Shown here piece after piece: positions 61,511-64,000 of a DNA stretch of 64,000 nucleotides. Position 1 is the stretch's first letter. Each line of letters opens with the position of its first letter. The translations under genes were made by a program, and so were the position numbers. The stretch comes from Clavelina lepadiformis (Eukaryota). The notes beneath the pieces were generated by a model that saw nothing but the letters and a program-made list of their open reading frames with translations, was not told the origin of the DNA and did not search any database. Where the stretch lies: contig NC_135244.1 of the NCBI RefSeq assembly GCF_947623445.1, positions 13,014,860 to 13,078,859 on the forward strand. Direction: 5' to 3'.

Positions 61511-62088
61511 CTAGAAAATTTTGAGACAAAAAACACATTTAAGAAAATAGTTTTACTGCAAGGTTGATACACATCAAAAATAATAAATACATAGTAGGCC
61601 CATTTAATTGAATTAAAATAAAATAAATAATACAGTACAATAAAGCGTTTTTGTAAAAAGAAATCTCAGCATACTTTTCACAAAAAAGTACACAATTAAA
61701 GCTTGTTAACTTCACTTTGTTCAACTTTCAACTTTAGATAACTCCAAGTAACTTCACCAACCCCAGTAGGTTGTCCATTAAAATGCACATAATAAATGCT
61801 AACTCAAAGTTCATTAACTTAGATTGTGTATATGGTGCTCACAGCATAATAACAATAATTAGCATGATGCAAGCATGCTTTGAAAATGGGCTGACATGTT
61901 AACTTTTTAACCAGGGTCCTTCCACACACGTTTTCTGCCAGCTTTACCCACTTCTAACACTTCAGAAAGTAATTTAATATGTCCCATCCAAGTTCCAACA
62001 TTATCCCTATGAACTTCAACATTACATTGCAAATATGCAGTCAAAGTATATGTTACATTATTATTTTTAAAGAGGCACATAACAACCT

Positions 62089-62199
62089 ACTTTCGGGGAT
62101 TTCTTTTGCGAAGTCAGTAGAATAAATTCCTCGTTTCACTATTTTGGTTTGTGGCTGATTTTCATGTGTACTGCCAAAACCATCTTTATGGGGCACAGG
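62089..62199 (-). CDS. DDHD2: DDHD2-like exon (PVPHKDGFGSTHENQPQTKIVKRGIYSTDFAKEIPES..); 3' splice donor unresolved
   Basis: Acceptor ttttcatacag|. Matches [37 protein letters not shown]. The only in-phase donor candidates are weak (T|gtgcct), so the low coordinate is approximate. Confidence 0.45.
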
Positions 62200-62330
62200 C
62201 TGTATGAAAAACTTAATTAATATAAATTACTTGTTAAACTTAAGTAATTGCTTTAATCTAAATTTTTTAAATCATATAAATATATACCAACAATATGAAA
62301 TTTGCATTGCAATAAAAACAGTTTTATTAC

Positions 62331-62438
62331 CTGAAAATGAACTATCAGTTGAGGATTATGAACTATTACAGCTTCACCATGTGGGAGTTCAATACGTTTA
62401 TGCCACAAACCATTCTTCACAATATTTTGATATTCTTT
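62331..62438 (-). CDS. DDHD2: DDHD2/SEC23IP-like phospholipase, WWE-region exon (KEYQNIVKNGLWHKRIELPHGEAVIVHNPQLIVHFQ)
   Basis: Minus strand. Acceptor gtaatgaaacag|, donor CAG|gtaata. Matches human DDHD2 [29 protein letters not shown]. Confidence 0.6.
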
Positions 62439-64000
62439 CTGTTTCATTACAAAAATACATGATTCAAGAGTACAGCACAATTGTGGTTAAGTTTAAAGTG
62501 TGTGGCAAGTACTTGTCAATAGTTTTACTAGTGAAAAGACTTGTACTAATATGTAGTGGTTAAGTTAAGTTATTGCCATTATAAATAAGTGACAAAAAAC
62601 GCCAATTCATCACTTAATTATGACGAGGATGGCGGTTCTTATTACATTACAATACAAGAAACAATAGGGATGATTCAGGTATTTGGATCAAATATGAAAA
62701 GAATGTTTCCCGTGACAGACATGAAAAGAGTAACAGGTACAACCATAGCTTAACTTTATAACAGGGAACATTTTGCGTTAAATAAGCCTTAGAAACCAAA
62801 TTACCATTGGTGTATTTGTATTGTTTAATGTCAATGCTAACCTACAGTAAAGTTCAATCTTGGCTGTTGGTGCTAGCTTTGTCCGATATCGGTAACTGTG
62901 GTAAAAACAACAGTGGTTTACTAGTTTATATGCTGCCATCAGGATAAATGGACCTTCATGTATAAGGTTTCCATGTTGTGATTTAACTTGAGGTTAATAT
63001 AAAGACTTTGTTCATCAATAAAATTAGTCCCTAAGATTTTATTAGCAGTGTGTGCATAAAAAAGAAACATTGAGAGCTGGAAGTTGGCAGCAAAGCTAAA
63101 TTAAATACATACAACTAAAAATAAGCAAAAATTATCTTAAAGAAAATTGTTTTCAAGAGGATACCAAGTTAATGGTCGGATCGCGCAAAACCAATGAAAA
63201 GTATTTCAAAAATTTTTATTTCATTCATTAACCCTAATCCACTCCTCATAACTTCCGATTCTATGCGGATACAAGAAAAGGGCACATTCTTGTGTCCATA
63301 ACAGCACCTGACTACTTTTCACTTGAATATAAAGCAACGAGATAAGCCGTCGCCTTGTAATGACGTGGTATCAACATGTTCTGTTACTTTGCTGTTGTTT
63401 TTTCTTTGCCACTTAAACATTTTGCCATACTTTCTCTAAAATAAAACCTTCTCTTTCAACAGTGGTCTTATTCTTAGAAGTTGTATTGACAAAACTGGAT
63501 TTTCTTTGTGATAACTGCGCGACATACATTACGGATGAGCTTGTTTCGACCATGGCCCGATGTGAGGGTAAGCATGAAAATGCCATACTTTCACAACCAA
63601 TCAGTGTTGCTTAAGAATAACTGAAAATCAGAGAGACGAATTTCATCTGCAGTTCATCCTCACAGTGTTCTTCATCTGCACTAGATTTTTTTCTATATGC
63701 ACTAACTAACGAACGCAATATATTCTTCTTGGGTACATATACGAAATGCTAATTACAGGATTACCAACTGTTTCTGCTCTCTAGTTTGAAACACATTTGT
63801 TAATCTTGAACCGCAGTACATTATGGGCAAAAGTTATGAAAAGGCATCGCTCAATGCCAAAGCATTTCTCACATGTGTGCTTACATCAGGTTGGGCCTAG
63901 TAAGGAACAAATACAGTGATAGCAGAAAGTTTCAATGTAAAATGTTATTTTCTTGCATGATACGATACTGTCAAATTTTTTATGCTAGCGCTCAATGTTA

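Overview
This window is eukaryotic (metazoan-type), AT-rich nuclear DNA, roughly 35% GC by eye. It is not a prokaryotic locus. Five protein-coding genes with GT-AG spliceosomal introns can be reconstructed from conserved exon translations. (1) AGBL4/CCP6-like cytosolic carboxypeptidase, + strand, exons from 2680 to 8235, with a probable terminal exon ending 9757. (2) Calcyphosin-like EF-hand gene, - strand, two exons resolved at 23642-24219. (3) An intronless RED/IK splicing-factor homolog, + strand, single 1.6-kb ORF 46368-47960, lacking the RD/RE repeat. (4) About 450 bp downstream in the same orientation, a nine-exon SREK1/SFRS12-like RRM+RS gene at 48412-53579 with a fully phase-consistent model. 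(5) A DDHD2/SEC23IP-like phospholipase, - strand, at least 14 exons from 62438 down to 54454. The rest is dominated by DNA-transposon debris. There is a degraded autonomous hAT element (19586-21663) and three young non-autonomous MITE copies sharing its CAGGGGTKGSCAAC termini, each flanked by perfect 8-bp target-site duplications. A second TIR family starts CAGTGGTTCCCAAC. There is a MULE-like element with inverted subterminal tandem arrays and a perfect 9-bp TSD next to a pogo/Tigger transposase fragment. Also present are a foldback element, a LINE reverse-transcriptase fragment, a composite long-TIR element and several tandem repeats. The supplied ORF track uses bacterial start codons, so many 'M' residues are TTG/GTG, and most listed ORFs are noise or antisense/out-of-frame shadows of real exons. 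No CRISPR, rRNA or confident tRNA genes were seen.
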